From contig CAXXHA010000036.1 in assembly GCA_963662265.2 (NCBI GenBank), positions 14,247-38,246 of the forward strand: DNA of 24,000 bases. The letters run 5' to 3'. The translations under genes and the position numbers were made by a program. The notes below the pieces were generated by a model. That model had not been told where the DNA came from and searched no databases. It saw only the letters and a program-made list of their open reading frames with translations. Of this stretch, positions 1 to 9,300 are shown piece after piece (the stretch's first letter is position 1; every line of letters starts with the position of its first letter). This DNA is from Spirochaetia bacterium. Lineage in GTDB: Bacteria; Spirochaetota; Spirochaetia; CADAEX01.

Positions 1-1
1 G

Positions 2-334
2 GTAAGGGGAGAGGTTAAGGAAAGTACTCTGAACCCCTCAATATTCCCCTCTGTATATTCAACTGATATGGAGGAGATTGTTTCAGCCGAAATGGTCAGC
101 CCTGATGTGCTTGTGAAATGGGGAACTGCGGCTTTTACAGATATTGATGATGACCCTGTGATCACCGAGAGAGCAGGGGACAACCCCCTTTATACAATGG
201 CAGAAGAAATATACGGAAGGAACAGGACAGATGTCATTATTCCTTCCGATGCGGCCGACCTTCTTTTCTACAAAAAACTCAATCAAGACCTGATCAGGGA
301 AGGCCGGTTTGTGATTATTACAGACCTGCCATAA
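2..334 (+). CDS. Hypothetical protein, 3' fragment; the reading frame is open to the left window edge
   Basis: The frame of the listed 68..334 ORF has no stop codon back to nt 2 (VRGEVKESTLNPSIFPSVYSTD precedes the Met), so the gene probably starts upstream of the window. The sequence is non-repetitive and protein-like. I recognise no motifs. Its 3' end overlaps the convergent M20 gene by 17 nt. Confidence 0.4.
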   Translation, partial: VRGEVKESTLNPSIFPSVYSTDMEEIVSAEMVSPDVLVKWGTAAFTDIDDDPVITERAGDNPLYTMAEEIYGRNRTDVIIPSDAADLLFYKKLNQDLIREGRFVIITDLP

Positions 335-1544
335 TAAGAGCCATTATTACAGCATCCCCGGTAAGATTCTCCATTTTGCAGTATTCATTCGGCATATGGG
401 CAGTTTCATCTATTCTTGCCCAGACTGCAGCATCAATACCCGCATTTCTCAGGTAAGCTGCAACAGTCCCCCCCCCGATACCAATAAGCTGAGGTTCTGT
501 TTTGTAGACTTCCTTTATTTTTTCCTCAAGTTTTTTAACAAGCAGGCATTCTGCAGGTGTTGCTTTTGATTCTGTTCTCTGAACATGTTCATACCTGACT
601 TTTACTTTATATTTATGCTCTATTTCAGAAATAATTTTGTCTATTTCCGGGTATATCCTGTTCAGTCCTGTCGAAGGCAGTACTCTGCAGTCAAGGTAGA
701 AAACATCCTCTCCAGGCAGTGTGTTTATATTGGGGACATTTGCCTCTTTCTGTGTCGGGGTAATTGTGGAATAGGGGGGATCAAATATTGGATCATGATC
801 GTTGAGTATTTTTTCTATTTCCGAGAGCCTCACAACCATGTCGGATGCTGCTGTGAATGCATTGTTTCCCAGGTCAGGACGGGATGCATGGCACTGACGT
901 CCGGTTGTTGTGAATTTCAGCCATGCAATACTCTTTTCCGCTATTTCTATTGTTTTCCCATCAGGATCCCCGGAATCCGGAACAAGCACAAAATCCTCTT
1001 TATTGAAAAGATTGTGGTTTTCAAGAAGATATGTGATCCCATAGTCAGATCCCACCTCTTCGTCTGCTACAAAAAGCAGTTTAACTGTATGTTCAGGTAT
1101 AATATTATTTTTCATCAGTGAGAGAGCTGCAAAAACAGATGATGTGAGGCCCTGCTGGTTGTCTTCAACACCTCTTCCGTAAAGCTTTCCATCCTTATAT
1201 TCAACCTTGTAGGGATCAGTTTCCCAGAGTGAAATTTCCCCGGGAGGAACAACATCAAGATGAGCCATTATCCAGAAAGTTCTTTCAGATTTCTCACCGG
1301 GAATTGTCACTACAATATTCGGCCTTTCCCCGGATGTTACCCTCCTGTCAGGGGCATTGAAGCATTCGATATTTTCAAAACCCATTGATTTGAGCTGTTT
1401 AATCAGGGCTTCTGCTTTTAGAGATTCCCCGTCCCCTTCAGAATCAGGTGAAATTGCAGGGAAAGATGTAAGAAGTGTCTGGAATTCAACAATCTCATTT
1501 TCCCTTTCCTTTATATAAGATTCAATTATTTCTTTTTTATCCAT
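318..1544 (-). CDS. M20 family metallohydrolase (ArgE/DapE/acylase-like peptidase)
   Basis: 408-aa ORF. It carries M20 signatures: AHLDVVPPG (metal-binding His/Asp), GRGVEDNQQG (catalytic Asp/Glu region) and FVADEEVGS (metal-binding Glu). A strong AAGGAG RBS lies 8 nt upstream of the ATG on the minus strand (nt 1553-1558). Confidence 0.85.
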   Translation of the reverse strand: MDKKEIIESYIKERENEIVEFQTLLTSFPAISPDSEGDGESLKAEALIKQLKSMGFENIECFNAPDRRVTSGERPNIVVTIPGEKSERTFWIMAHLDVVPPGEISLWETDPYKVEYKDGKLYGRGVEDNQQGLTSSVFAALSLMKNNIIPEHTVKLLFVADEEVGSDYGITYLLENHNLFNKEDFVLVPDSGDPDGKTIEIAEKSIAWLKFTTTGRQCHASRPDLGNNAFTAASDMVVRLSEIEKILNDHDPIFDPPYSTITPTQKEANVPNINTLPGEDVFYLDCRVLPSTGLNRIYPEIDKIISEIEHKYKVKVRYEHVQRTESKATPAECLLVKKLEEKIKEVYKTEPQLIGIGGGTVAAYLRNAGIDAAVWARIDETAHMPNEYCKMENLTGDAVIMALIMAGL

Positions 1545-1749
1545 TATTAAAACTCCTTAATTTAGCTTTCGGAAAACTCCATGATTATCAGGTAAAACCT
1601 TGTTTCCTTCCGATTTCACTGCTGTCCCGTGGACATTCATTGTAATCTAAGTTTTCACAGAATCAGGCCAATAACGTAAAGTTTTTGTTTTCCATTTCTG
1701 AAAAATACCCGGTGCATAAAAATAGGTTTTTTAAGATGCCCTGTAATCA

Positions 1750-1779
1750 TTGATTTATAACTTCTTTTTGTGCAATATT
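1750..1779 (+). promoter_or_regulatory. Candidate sigma70-type promoter for the SH3 lipoprotein / ABC-F pair
   Basis: TTGATT (1750-1755), an 18-nt spacer, then TG-c-AATATT (1771-1779), an extended -10-like element. This is sequence resemblance only, in AT-rich DNA. Confidence 0.25.
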
Positions 1780-1805
1780 ATACACATAATTCCCGGAGGT
1801 TTAAA

Positions 1806-3221
1806 TTGAAATCAAGGTTCAAACTGATATTACTGATATTATTTATTGTTATTTTAGCTGTTTCCTGTTCCGGAAAACGGAAAGGGTATGTTGTTATGCT
1901 CTGGCCTCCGGAAGATGTAAAAGCTGAGACAGCTGAAGTTGTCAGAGTTATTTCACTTTCAGATATACGTGATGTCTATGTTATAGAGAAAAAAGAAGAT
2001 AAATACCGGGCAGAAATTCCCAAGTCATCAGGACGTTTTTTCAGGAAGAAAAAAGAAGCTGAAAATTTTGCCGCTGAATTTGAGGAATTTAAAAATACAT
2101 TCGGCTATTCGGAGAAGAGTATCCCGGTAAGGGCTGAACCTGATACTTCATCTGCAAGGGTTTATAAACTCAGGCCCAGCCAGATGATTAAAATCATTGA
2201 AAAAGGTGAAAAGGCGGTAGCTGTCGGCAATCTTACAGGATTCTGGTACAGGGTCCTGACTGATGATGGTTATGAAGGTTACTGCTTTGACAAGTATCTT
2301 AAATTCTTCGAAATGGACAGCGAAAACCTTGCCAGAAACAGCGAAAAGGACTGGCTCAACGATCTTTTCAACAATAAATGGTATCCTGCCAGGTTCAGGG
2401 AAATTATTGACAGCGGAAGAATAATTATCAGTCAGATAAAGACAGGCGAGGGACTTTTTACAGATCCTGAAAAGAAACAGTTTGTTATCCAGACTGAAGA
2501 TGACAGAATAGAGTTTTACTACGAGGAAATTACCAGGATAGATGAGAGGAGATATTTCTTTGAAGGTACACCTGTTGAGATCAATTTTTATCCCAACAAT
2601 TCTGTAAATGTTAAATTTGTATATAACGGAATTGATTACAGCAGTTTTTATACACTCCTTGATTTATCTATTGATGAATATGTGAATACTGAAATTGCAA
2701 GAAGAGATAGTGTTTACAGCGAACTTTATGAAAAGGGCGGGTATCTTTCGAGTGATCTTTACGGATCTATTGCACTTAAAGATAACAGGAAATTCATCTG
2801 GACAGGGTATGTTAACCTTGTTCCTGATATCATCCCTTTCGGATACGGTATTACAGGGCATGTGGAAAATCATTATTATCTCTCAGGCCGCCTTGCCAGA
2901 AGCTACAACGGGATACTCAGTTTCGTGTTTGACAGGAATTCCGAAGAGGTTAATTTTGTTTACTACATGACTGATGAAGAGGGACTCGAGCTTATATACC
3001 TTCCAAAGTCGTTTATTGAAGATGATCTTGTGGATGAGCTTCCGGAAGCCAAGGAAATCTATTATTTCAGGCAGGGGATGACTCTTGAGGAGAGTCAGGG
3101 AATAGAGAAGTTTGATGAAGCTGCAGGAGAGGATGCGGGGATGGATGATGAAATTGAAATACAGCCGGTTCTGCCTGGGACTTCCTCATCTGAGACTTCT
3201 GGTTCGGGAACGGAGTTTTAA
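1806..3221 (+). CDS. Lipoprotein with a bacterial SH3 (SH3b) domain; function unknown
   Basis: The ORF track starts at GTG 1770. However, GGAGG (1795-1799) sits 6 nt upstream of the in-frame TTG at 1806, which gives the N-terminus (M)KSRFKLILLILFIVILAVSC, a lipoprotein signal with lipobox LAVSC. An SH3b-like segment is present (VRAEPDTSSARVYKLRPSQMIKIIEKG...GFWYRVLTDDGYEGYCFDKYL), followed by an acidic C-terminal tail. Confidence 0.8.
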   Translation: MKSRFKLILLILFIVILAVSCSGKRKGYVVMLWPPEDVKAETAEVVRVISLSDIRDVYVIEKKEDKYRAEIPKSSGRFFRKKKEAENFAAEFEEFKNTFGYSEKSIPVRAEPDTSSARVYKLRPSQMIKIIEKGEKAVAVGNLTGFWYRVLTDDGYEGYCFDKYLKFFEMDSENLARNSEKDWLNDLFNNKWYPARFREIIDSGRIIISQIKTGEGLFTDPEKKQFVIQTEDDRIEFYYEEITRIDERRYFFEGTPVEINFYPNNSVNVKFVYNGIDYSSFYTLLDLSIDEYVNTEIARRDSVYSELYEKGGYLSSDLYGSIALKDNRKFIWTGYVNLVPDIIPFGYGITGHVENHYYLSGRLARSYNGILSFVFDRNSEEVNFVYYMTDEEGLELIYLPKSFIEDDLVDELPEAKEIYYFRQGMTLEESQGIEKFDEAAGEDAGMDDEIEIQPVLPGTSSSETSGSGTEF

Positions 3222-5164
3222 TGGCTTTTCTTCATCTTGCAGGCGTTTCAACCGCTTTCGGCGACAGGGATATTCTTAAAAATATAAATCTCAACATATC
3301 AGACAGTTCCAGAATTGCTCTTTCAGGGGCAAACGGCAGCGGGAAATCAACGCTGCTTAAAATTGCCGCAGGCATAACAAAACCGGATTCAGGTACAGTA
3401 TCTCAGCAGCGTGGGAGCCGTGTTTCATACCTTCCCCAGTCGGGGCTGACATATTCCGGCGCTTCTCTTTACGCGGAAGCTGAAAAAGCGTTTTCAATAT
3501 TTGATTCAGTACTTGAAAGGATATCAGCGCTTGAAAAAGAGCTTGCTTCTGTGACTGATGATTCTGAGAATACACGCAGCAGTATTGAGGAGCACCATCA
3601 TCTCCAGGAGAAACTCCTTTCAAGCGGATATTATGAGAGGGACAGGGAGATATACAAGATTCTTAACGGTCTGGGTTTTTCCGAAAATGATTTAACCCGA
3701 ATGACTGATGAGTTTTCCGGCGGATGGCAGATGAGGATTGCACTTGCCAGGGTTCTGCTTGAAAAACCTGATATCCTGTTTCTTGATGAGCCTACAAACT
3801 ACCTCGATATTGAGGCCAGGTACTGGCTTGAGGATTTTATTTCCAGCTACCCCGGCGGTGTTGTTATAGTCTCTCATGACCGGTTTTTTCTCGATTCAAC
3901 AGTAAATGAAATTATTGAGCTGTTTAACGGAGATCTCAAGAAATACAGAGGTAATTATTCAGATTATGAAAAACTGCGCTCCCAGGAACTTGAAGAGCTT
4001 GTAAAGAGGTACAGGCAGCAGGAAGAGGAAATTGCCAAAGTTGAATACTTTATCCGCAAATTCCGTTTCAATGCATCAAAAGCATCTCTTGTCCAGAGCA
4101 GGGTCAAGTATCTTGAGACAATAGACAGGATTGAAATTCCTGAAAGCCTTAAAAAAATACATTTTACTTTTCCATCGCCTCCCCATTCAGGTAAAGAGGT
4201 CCTCATGATTGATGATCTTTCAAAGTCTTACGGGGAACTTAAAGTTCTTGATAGAGTAAGCCTTAATATCAGGAAGGGGGAAAAGGTAGTTTTTGCAGGT
4301 AAAAACGGCGCAGGAAAGACTACACTTCTGAAAATAGTTTCAGCTCATGATGATGATTATGAAGGTGATGTAAGGACAGGAACAGATGTAAGGCGGGGAT
4401 ATTTTTCCCAGGATTTTGAATCAACCCTGTCTGATGAGAACAATGTTCTTGAAGAGATAGAATCCTCTTCTCCAACAGAAATGATTCCCCAGCTCCGGAA
4501 CCTTCTTGGGGCTTTTCTCTTCAGGGGGGATGATATATTCAAGAAAGTCTCTGTTCTTTCAGGGGGGGAGAAAAACAGGGTGGCTCTTCTTAAGCTTCTT
4601 CTGAAGCCTGTGAACCTCCTGATTCTTGATGAGCCGACAAACCATCTTGATATCAATTCAAAGGATATCCTTCTCGAAGCTCTTCAGAGTTATTCAGGAA
4701 CACTCCTGTTTGTTTCTCATGACAGATATTTCATTGAGAACCTTGCAACCCGGGTCATAGAGATTTCAGACGGCGGAATCAGGGATTTTCCCGGTGATTA
4801 TGAATATTACCTGTGGCGAAAGGCTGAAGGTGAAAAAACTGATTCTGCTTCAGGTGATTCAGAGCAGGGCATACAGATGGAAGAAAAGGTTGTATCTTCT
4901 GTTAAACTGGACCGTGAGCAGTCAAAGGCGCTCAAGAGGGAAAGAAAAAAACTGGAGAAAAAATCAGAACAACTGCTTCATCAGCTTGAAGAACTTGAAA
5001 CAGAAGCATCAGAACTGGAACATGATATGAGCCAGAGGGAAAATTATTCAGACGGGGAAAAAATCAGGAAAATCAAGGAAAAACTCGACAGGAATAAGGA
5101 AAAGCAGCATGAAATCTCTCTTGAGTGGGAAGAAACCGAAACCGCCCTTTCTGAACTGGATTAA
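3221..5164 (+). CDS. ABC-F family ATPase (soluble twin-ABC translation-factor-type protein, Uup-like with a C-terminal coiled coil)
   Basis: Two ABC cassettes and no transmembrane segments. Cassette 1: Walker A GANGSGKST, signature FSGGWQMR, Walker B ILFLDEPTNYLD. Cassette 2: Walker A GKNGAGKTT, signature LSGGEKNR, Walker B LLILDEPTNHLD. There is a charged inter-domain linker and a Lys/Glu-rich C-terminal coiled coil. The start ATG shares one nt with the upstream stop (TAATG at 3219-3223). Confidence 0.9.
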   Translation: MAFLHLAGVSTAFGDRDILKNINLNISDSSRIALSGANGSGKSTLLKIAAGITKPDSGTVSQQRGSRVSYLPQSGLTYSGASLYAEAEKAFSIFDSVLERISALEKELASVTDDSENTRSSIEEHHHLQEKLLSSGYYERDREIYKILNGLGFSENDLTRMTDEFSGGWQMRIALARVLLEKPDILFLDEPTNYLDIEARYWLEDFISSYPGGVVIVSHDRFFLDSTVNEIIELFNGDLKKYRGNYSDYEKLRSQELEELVKRYRQQEEEIAKVEYFIRKFRFNASKASLVQSRVKYLETIDRIEIPESLKKIHFTFPSPPHSGKEVLMIDDLSKSYGELKVLDRVSLNIRKGEKVVFAGKNGAGKTTLLKIVSAHDDDYEGDVRTGTDVRRGYFSQDFESTLSDENNVLEEIESSSPTEMIPQLRNLLGAFLFRGDDIFKKVSVLSGGEKNRVALLKLLLKPVNLLILDEPTNHLDINSKDILLEALQSYSGTLLFVSHDRYFIENLATRVIEISDGGIRDFPGDYEYYLWRKAEGEKTDSASGDSEQGIQMEEKVVSSVKLDREQSKALKRERKKLEKKSEQLLHQLEELETEASELEHDMSQRENYSDGEKIRKIKEKLDRNKEKQHEISLEWEETETALSELD

Positions 5165-5331
5165 AATTTTCTGCAATTTCAGGCAGGCATATTAAATAAT
5201 GAAGGTGGGGATTGGACCTTCAGCACTTGAGCGGGATAGATCCTGATATTATTGCATGCAGCTTAAAATATCCTGCTGAAGCTTTATATAAAAATATTTA
5301 TTTTCTGAACTGTATTAAAAAAGGGAAAACT

Positions 5332-5925
5332 ATGAAGTTGAAAATCAAGTACAATGCACCTGTTACACTCTCTTTTGCTCTGCTTTCCGCTCTTGTTCTG
5401 TTTATTGATCCTGTATTCGGCAGGAAGATAACAATGCTGTGGTTTTCTGTTCCCGGCTGGGGAGCAATGAATTTCTCAGATCCTTTTCAGTATATAAGGC
5501 TTTTTACCCATGCGGCAGGCCATGCAAACTGGAATCATCTGGTGAGCAACTTTACCTTTATCCTTCTGCTCGGTCCCATACTTGAAGAAAAATACAGAAA
5601 ATTCCCGTTTCTGATGATGATACTTATTACTGCTGCTGTTACAGGTCTTGTTAACCTGTTTCTTTCTCCATATCCGCTTCTCGGAGCCAGCGGTGTTGTA
5701 TTCATGATGATAATACTTATCTCAATTACAAATATAAAAGAGGGTGAAATACCCCTCACCTTTATTCTGATTGTTGTGCTGTTTCTCCTCAAGGAATTTG
5801 TTTATTCGCCTGAAGACGGCATATCCCAGGCTGCCCACATAGCAGGGGGAATATGCGGGAGTTTTTTCGGATTTTTCAGCAGGAAGAATAACGGGAAAGA
5901 AAATCTCTCTCCTGATAATGAATAA
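5332..5925 (+). CDS. Rhomboid family intramembrane serine protease
   Basis: Rhomboid motifs are present: HANWNHLVSN (H-x3-N region), the catalytic GASG in LLGASGVVF, and the catalytic His in AHIAGGICG. The protein has multiple TM helices. I prefer ATG 5332 (MKLKIKYNAPVTLSF...) because AGGGA lies 5 nt upstream. The track's TTG 5212 start would add 40 non-hydrophobic residues and remains possible. Confidence 0.8.
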   Translation: MKLKIKYNAPVTLSFALLSALVLFIDPVFGRKITMLWFSVPGWGAMNFSDPFQYIRLFTHAAGHANWNHLVSNFTFILLLGPILEEKYRKFPFLMMILITAAVTGLVNLFLSPYPLLGASGVVFMMIILISITNIKEGEIPLTFILIVVLFLLKEFVYSPEDGISQAAHIAGGICGSFFGFFSRKNNGKENLSPDNE

Positions 5926-6026
5926 GTTATTATTTATTAAAAAATATTAAGTCTTTATTTATTTTTGCACTATATCATACATAAATTAACAGTAAAATAC
6001 GTAAATTATGTGTTATTATACAAAAA

Positions 6027-6180
6027 TATATATAAAAATGTATCAAAATTATTCAAAAGTGTTGGATTGAAATATTCTTGATAAGAAAATGTATTGTATT
6101 TATTAAAAAATAAGCAGTTGTTTTGTATAAGTATATAAAAATGTATTAAAACCATAGAAAAATCAAAAGGTGTATGAAAA
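6027..6180. repeat. Imperfect direct repeats in an AT-rich spacer
   Basis: TATATAAAAATGTAT(C/T)AAAA occurs at 6029-6048 and 6132-6151 (19/20 identical). Each copy is followed by TCAAAAG(G)TGT. The core AAAATGTAT also occurs a third time, so ATGTAT starts at 6038, 6089 and 6141 (51-52 bp phasing). Confidence 0.6.
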
Positions 6181-6373
6181 AAAACATTGAAAAAAGCTCT
6201 TTTTTGATCTTTTCCTCTATAAATTATATTTATTTAAATTATTTTTCTGATAAAATGTGCTCATTCTTGGACAATAAAAGCTGAAAACAGGCTTGTTTAT
6301 GTTGTCTGTAAGGCATAATCAATACGAAAGAGTATAAAATCGGCCTTACGGCTTCAGCTGCAGGAGAATTTAC

Positions 6374-9300
6374 ATGGCAATCAGAAAAATTAACAAAATC
6401 ATGTCTGCTAACAGGGGAGAAATAGCAATCAGGACCTTCAGGGCCTGTATGGAACTGGGGATAAAAACTGTGGCTATTTATTCGAAAGAAGACAGACTTT
6501 CGCTGTACAGAACGAAAGCTGATGAAGCATATAGAGTAGGTAAGGGCAAAAGCCCGATAGATGCATATCTCGGAATTGATGAGATTATTGATCTTGCAAA
6601 GAGAAAAGGGGTTGATGCGATTCATCCGGGTTACGGATTTTTATCTGAAAACCCTGAGTTTTCTGAAAAATGTGAAAAAGAAGGTATTATTTTTATCGGC
6701 CCGACTGCAGTGCAGCAGAGAACTCTCGGGGATAAGGTTTCGGCAAGGGCAGCAGCAATTGCTGCAGGAGTACCTGTAGTGCCGGGAACAGACGATCCTG
6801 TGAAATCAGAGGAAGAAGCTTTTAAGTTTGCAAAGGAAGCAGGATACCCCATTATAATAAAGGCAGCTGCAGGCGGCGGCGGCCGGGGAATGAGGGTTGC
6901 CAACAACCACAAGGAACTTGTTGAAGGGCTTCACAGCGCTGCAAGCGAGGCAAAGGCTGCTTTCGGCGATGATACAGTATTCCTTGAAAAATACCTTAAA
7001 AATCCTAAACATATAGAGATACAGATAATCGGTGATACACACGGAAATATTGTCCATTTCTTTGAAAGGGACTGTTCCATACAGAGAAGACACCAGAAGG
7101 TTGTCGAATTTGCGCCTTCACTTGCTATTTCTGATGAACTCAGGCAGGAACTCTGTGATAATGCAATCAAGATTGCAAAGCAGGTTAACTACAGAAATGC
7201 GGGAACTGTAGAGTTTCTCGTAGACCAGAACGGCGGATACTATTTCATTGAAATGAATCCAAGGCTCCAGGTTGAACATACAGTTACTGAGCTTATTACT
7301 GGACGGGACCTTGTCCAGACTCAGATCAGGGTTGCTGAAGGGTATAAACTTTCCGATCCTGAAATAAATATACCTGACCAGAAAAGTATCAAGAAGAGCG
7401 GTTACGCTATCCAGTGCAGAATTACAACTGAGGATCCCCAGAATAATTTTGCCCCTGACTTCGGAACACTCAAGGCATACAGGTCGCCTGCTGGTTTCGG
7501 CGTAAGACTTGATGCGGGAAATGCTTTTACAGGCGCAAGAATAACATCTTCATATGACTCACTCCTCGTGAAGCTGAGCGGATGGGGGCTTTCTTTCGAG
7601 CATGCTGCCATGGTAATGAAGAGATCGCTTGTAGAGTTCAGGATCAGGGGTGTAAAAACCAATATCCCTTTCCTCCAGAATGTAGTTTCACATCCTGTTT
7701 TTCTTGCAGGGCAGTGTGATACCTCATTTATAGGTGATAATCCCGAACTTATGGAATTCAGGGAAAACAAGGACAGGGCTACAAAGATTCTCGATTATAT
7801 AGGCGACAGGGTAATAAACGGGACTGAAGGGATTGAAAAACCCAGGGGATCACTTATCTTCCCTGAAGCTGATGTTCCTGAAATCAGGCTCAGCGCGGAA
7901 AGAAAAGAGGGAACCCGGGATATATTCAAAAAGCTAGGCCCTGAAAAATTCTCGGATTGGATACTGGATCAGAAAAAACTTCTTGTTACAGATACAACAA
8001 TGCGGGATGCTCACCAGTCTCTCCTTGCAACAAGAATTAGAACATATGATATTCTCCAGATTGCAGAAGCTACATCTCATCTTGCATCAGACATGTTTTC
8101 ATTTGAAATGTGGGGCGGTGCTACATTTGATGTATCAATGAGATTCCTTAAAGAGTGCCCGTGGCAGAGACTTCACAAACTCAGGGAAAATATTCCCAAT
8201 GTCCTATTCCAGATGCTGCTCAGGGCTTCAAATGCTGTAGGCTATACAAACTACCCTGACAATGTTGTTCAGGAATTTGTCAGGGAAGCTGCTGATTCAG
8301 GCATAGACCTCTTCAGAATCTTCGACTCCCTCAACTGGACAAAGGGAATGGCTGTTGCAATGGATGCTGTCAGAAGCAACGGCAAGCTCTGCGAAGCTTC
8401 TATCTGCTATACAGGTGACATAACAGACCCTAAAAGGGATAAGTACCCGCTTGAATACTATGTAAACCTCGGCAGGGAGCTTGAAAACATGGGCGCCAAT
8501 ATACTTGCAATCAAGGATATGGCAGGTCTCCTGAAGCCTTTTGCCGCAACAAAACTTATCAGGGCGCTAAAGGATGAGGTTGGTATTCCTGTACATCTCC
8601 ATACTCATGATACATCAAGCAACGGAGGGGCAACCCTGTTGAGAGCAGCGGAGGCAGGTGTTGATATTGTCGATGCATCACTCTCATCAATCTCAGGTCT
8701 TACCGCGCAGCCCAACCTTAATGCGCTGAATGCGGCTCTTGAAGGTACAGATAGGGATCCTCATCTTGATTCTGTCGGAATACAGAAGCTTGCAAACTAC
8801 TGGGAAACAGTAAGAAGCTACTACAAACCTTTTGAAACAGATTTAAAGAGCGGAACTGCTGAAGTTTACTATCATGAGATTCCTGGCGGGCAGTATTCAA
8901 ACTACAAGCCGCGTGTTGCAGGTGTCGGCCTTCTCGATAAGTGGGAAGAGTGCAAGAAAATGTATCATGATGTAAACGAGGCATTCGGCGATATAATCAA
9001 GGTCACACCTTCTTCAAAGATAGTTGCAGACCTTGCAATATTCCTTGTTCAGAATGAAGTTGCGATTGAGGATTTAATTGAAAAAGCACCTGATCTTGCA
9101 TTTCCGCAGTCAGTTGTAGATTTCTTCAAAGGTATGATAGGTCAGCCTTACCTGGGATTTCCTGCAGAACTTCAGAAAGCAATTCTGAAAGGTGAGGAAG
9201 CAATCACCTGCAGGCCCGGAGAGCTGCTTGAGCCTTTTGATTTTGAAAAGGAAAGAAAGGATCTTGAGGAAAAACTGGGACATGAAGTGGATGACAAGGA

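Noticed and set aside
83-286. 67-aa minus-strand ORF
   Set aside because: It is a shadow of the 2..334 plus-strand frame, with no RBS and no recognisable features.
585-1121. 178-aa plus-strand ORF
   Set aside because: It lies entirely antisense to the well-supported M20 hydrolase gene. Its sequence is Cys/Phe/Tyr-rich and low in complexity, typical of a shadow ORF, and it has no RBS or motifs.
1545-1769. Possible riboswitch or leader upstream of the M20 hydrolase (minus strand)
   Set aside because: Only short imperfect complementarities were found (CGGAA at 1570-1574 pairing with TTCCG at 1607-1611, and an imperfect GGAAAAC/GTTTCC pair). I could see no resemblance to lysine, SAM, glycine or c-di-GMP riboswitch cores. 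An Infernal/Rfam scan would be needed to revisit this.
5165-5331. Possible terminator after the ABC-F gene (AGCTT...AAGCT stem near 5260-5286)
   Set aside because: The stem is only 5 bp with a 14-nt loop and has no proper U-tract, so it is too weak to call. ABC-F and the rhomboid gene may be co-transcribed.
6174-6284. 36-codon uORF (MKKNIEKSSFLIFSSINYIYLNYFSDKMCSFLDNKS) in the AT-rich pyc upstream region
   Set aside because: An open frame of this length is mildly unusual in stop-rich AT DNA. However, its only RBS-like element (AAAGG) is just 3 nt from the ATG, there is no supporting conservation data, and six-frame chance occurrence is plausible. It would only be worth revisiting if conserved.
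5926-6373. Possibility that the AT-rich region is a replication origin
   Set aside because: Only one near-match to a DnaA box (TTATACAAA, 1 mismatch) was seen. There is no cluster of boxes and no dnaA or dnaN nearby.
6239-6625. 128-aa minus-strand ORF spanning the pyc start
   Set aside because: It overlaps the pyc 5' end and its leader in antisense. The pyruvate carboxylase N-terminus on the plus strand is unambiguous.
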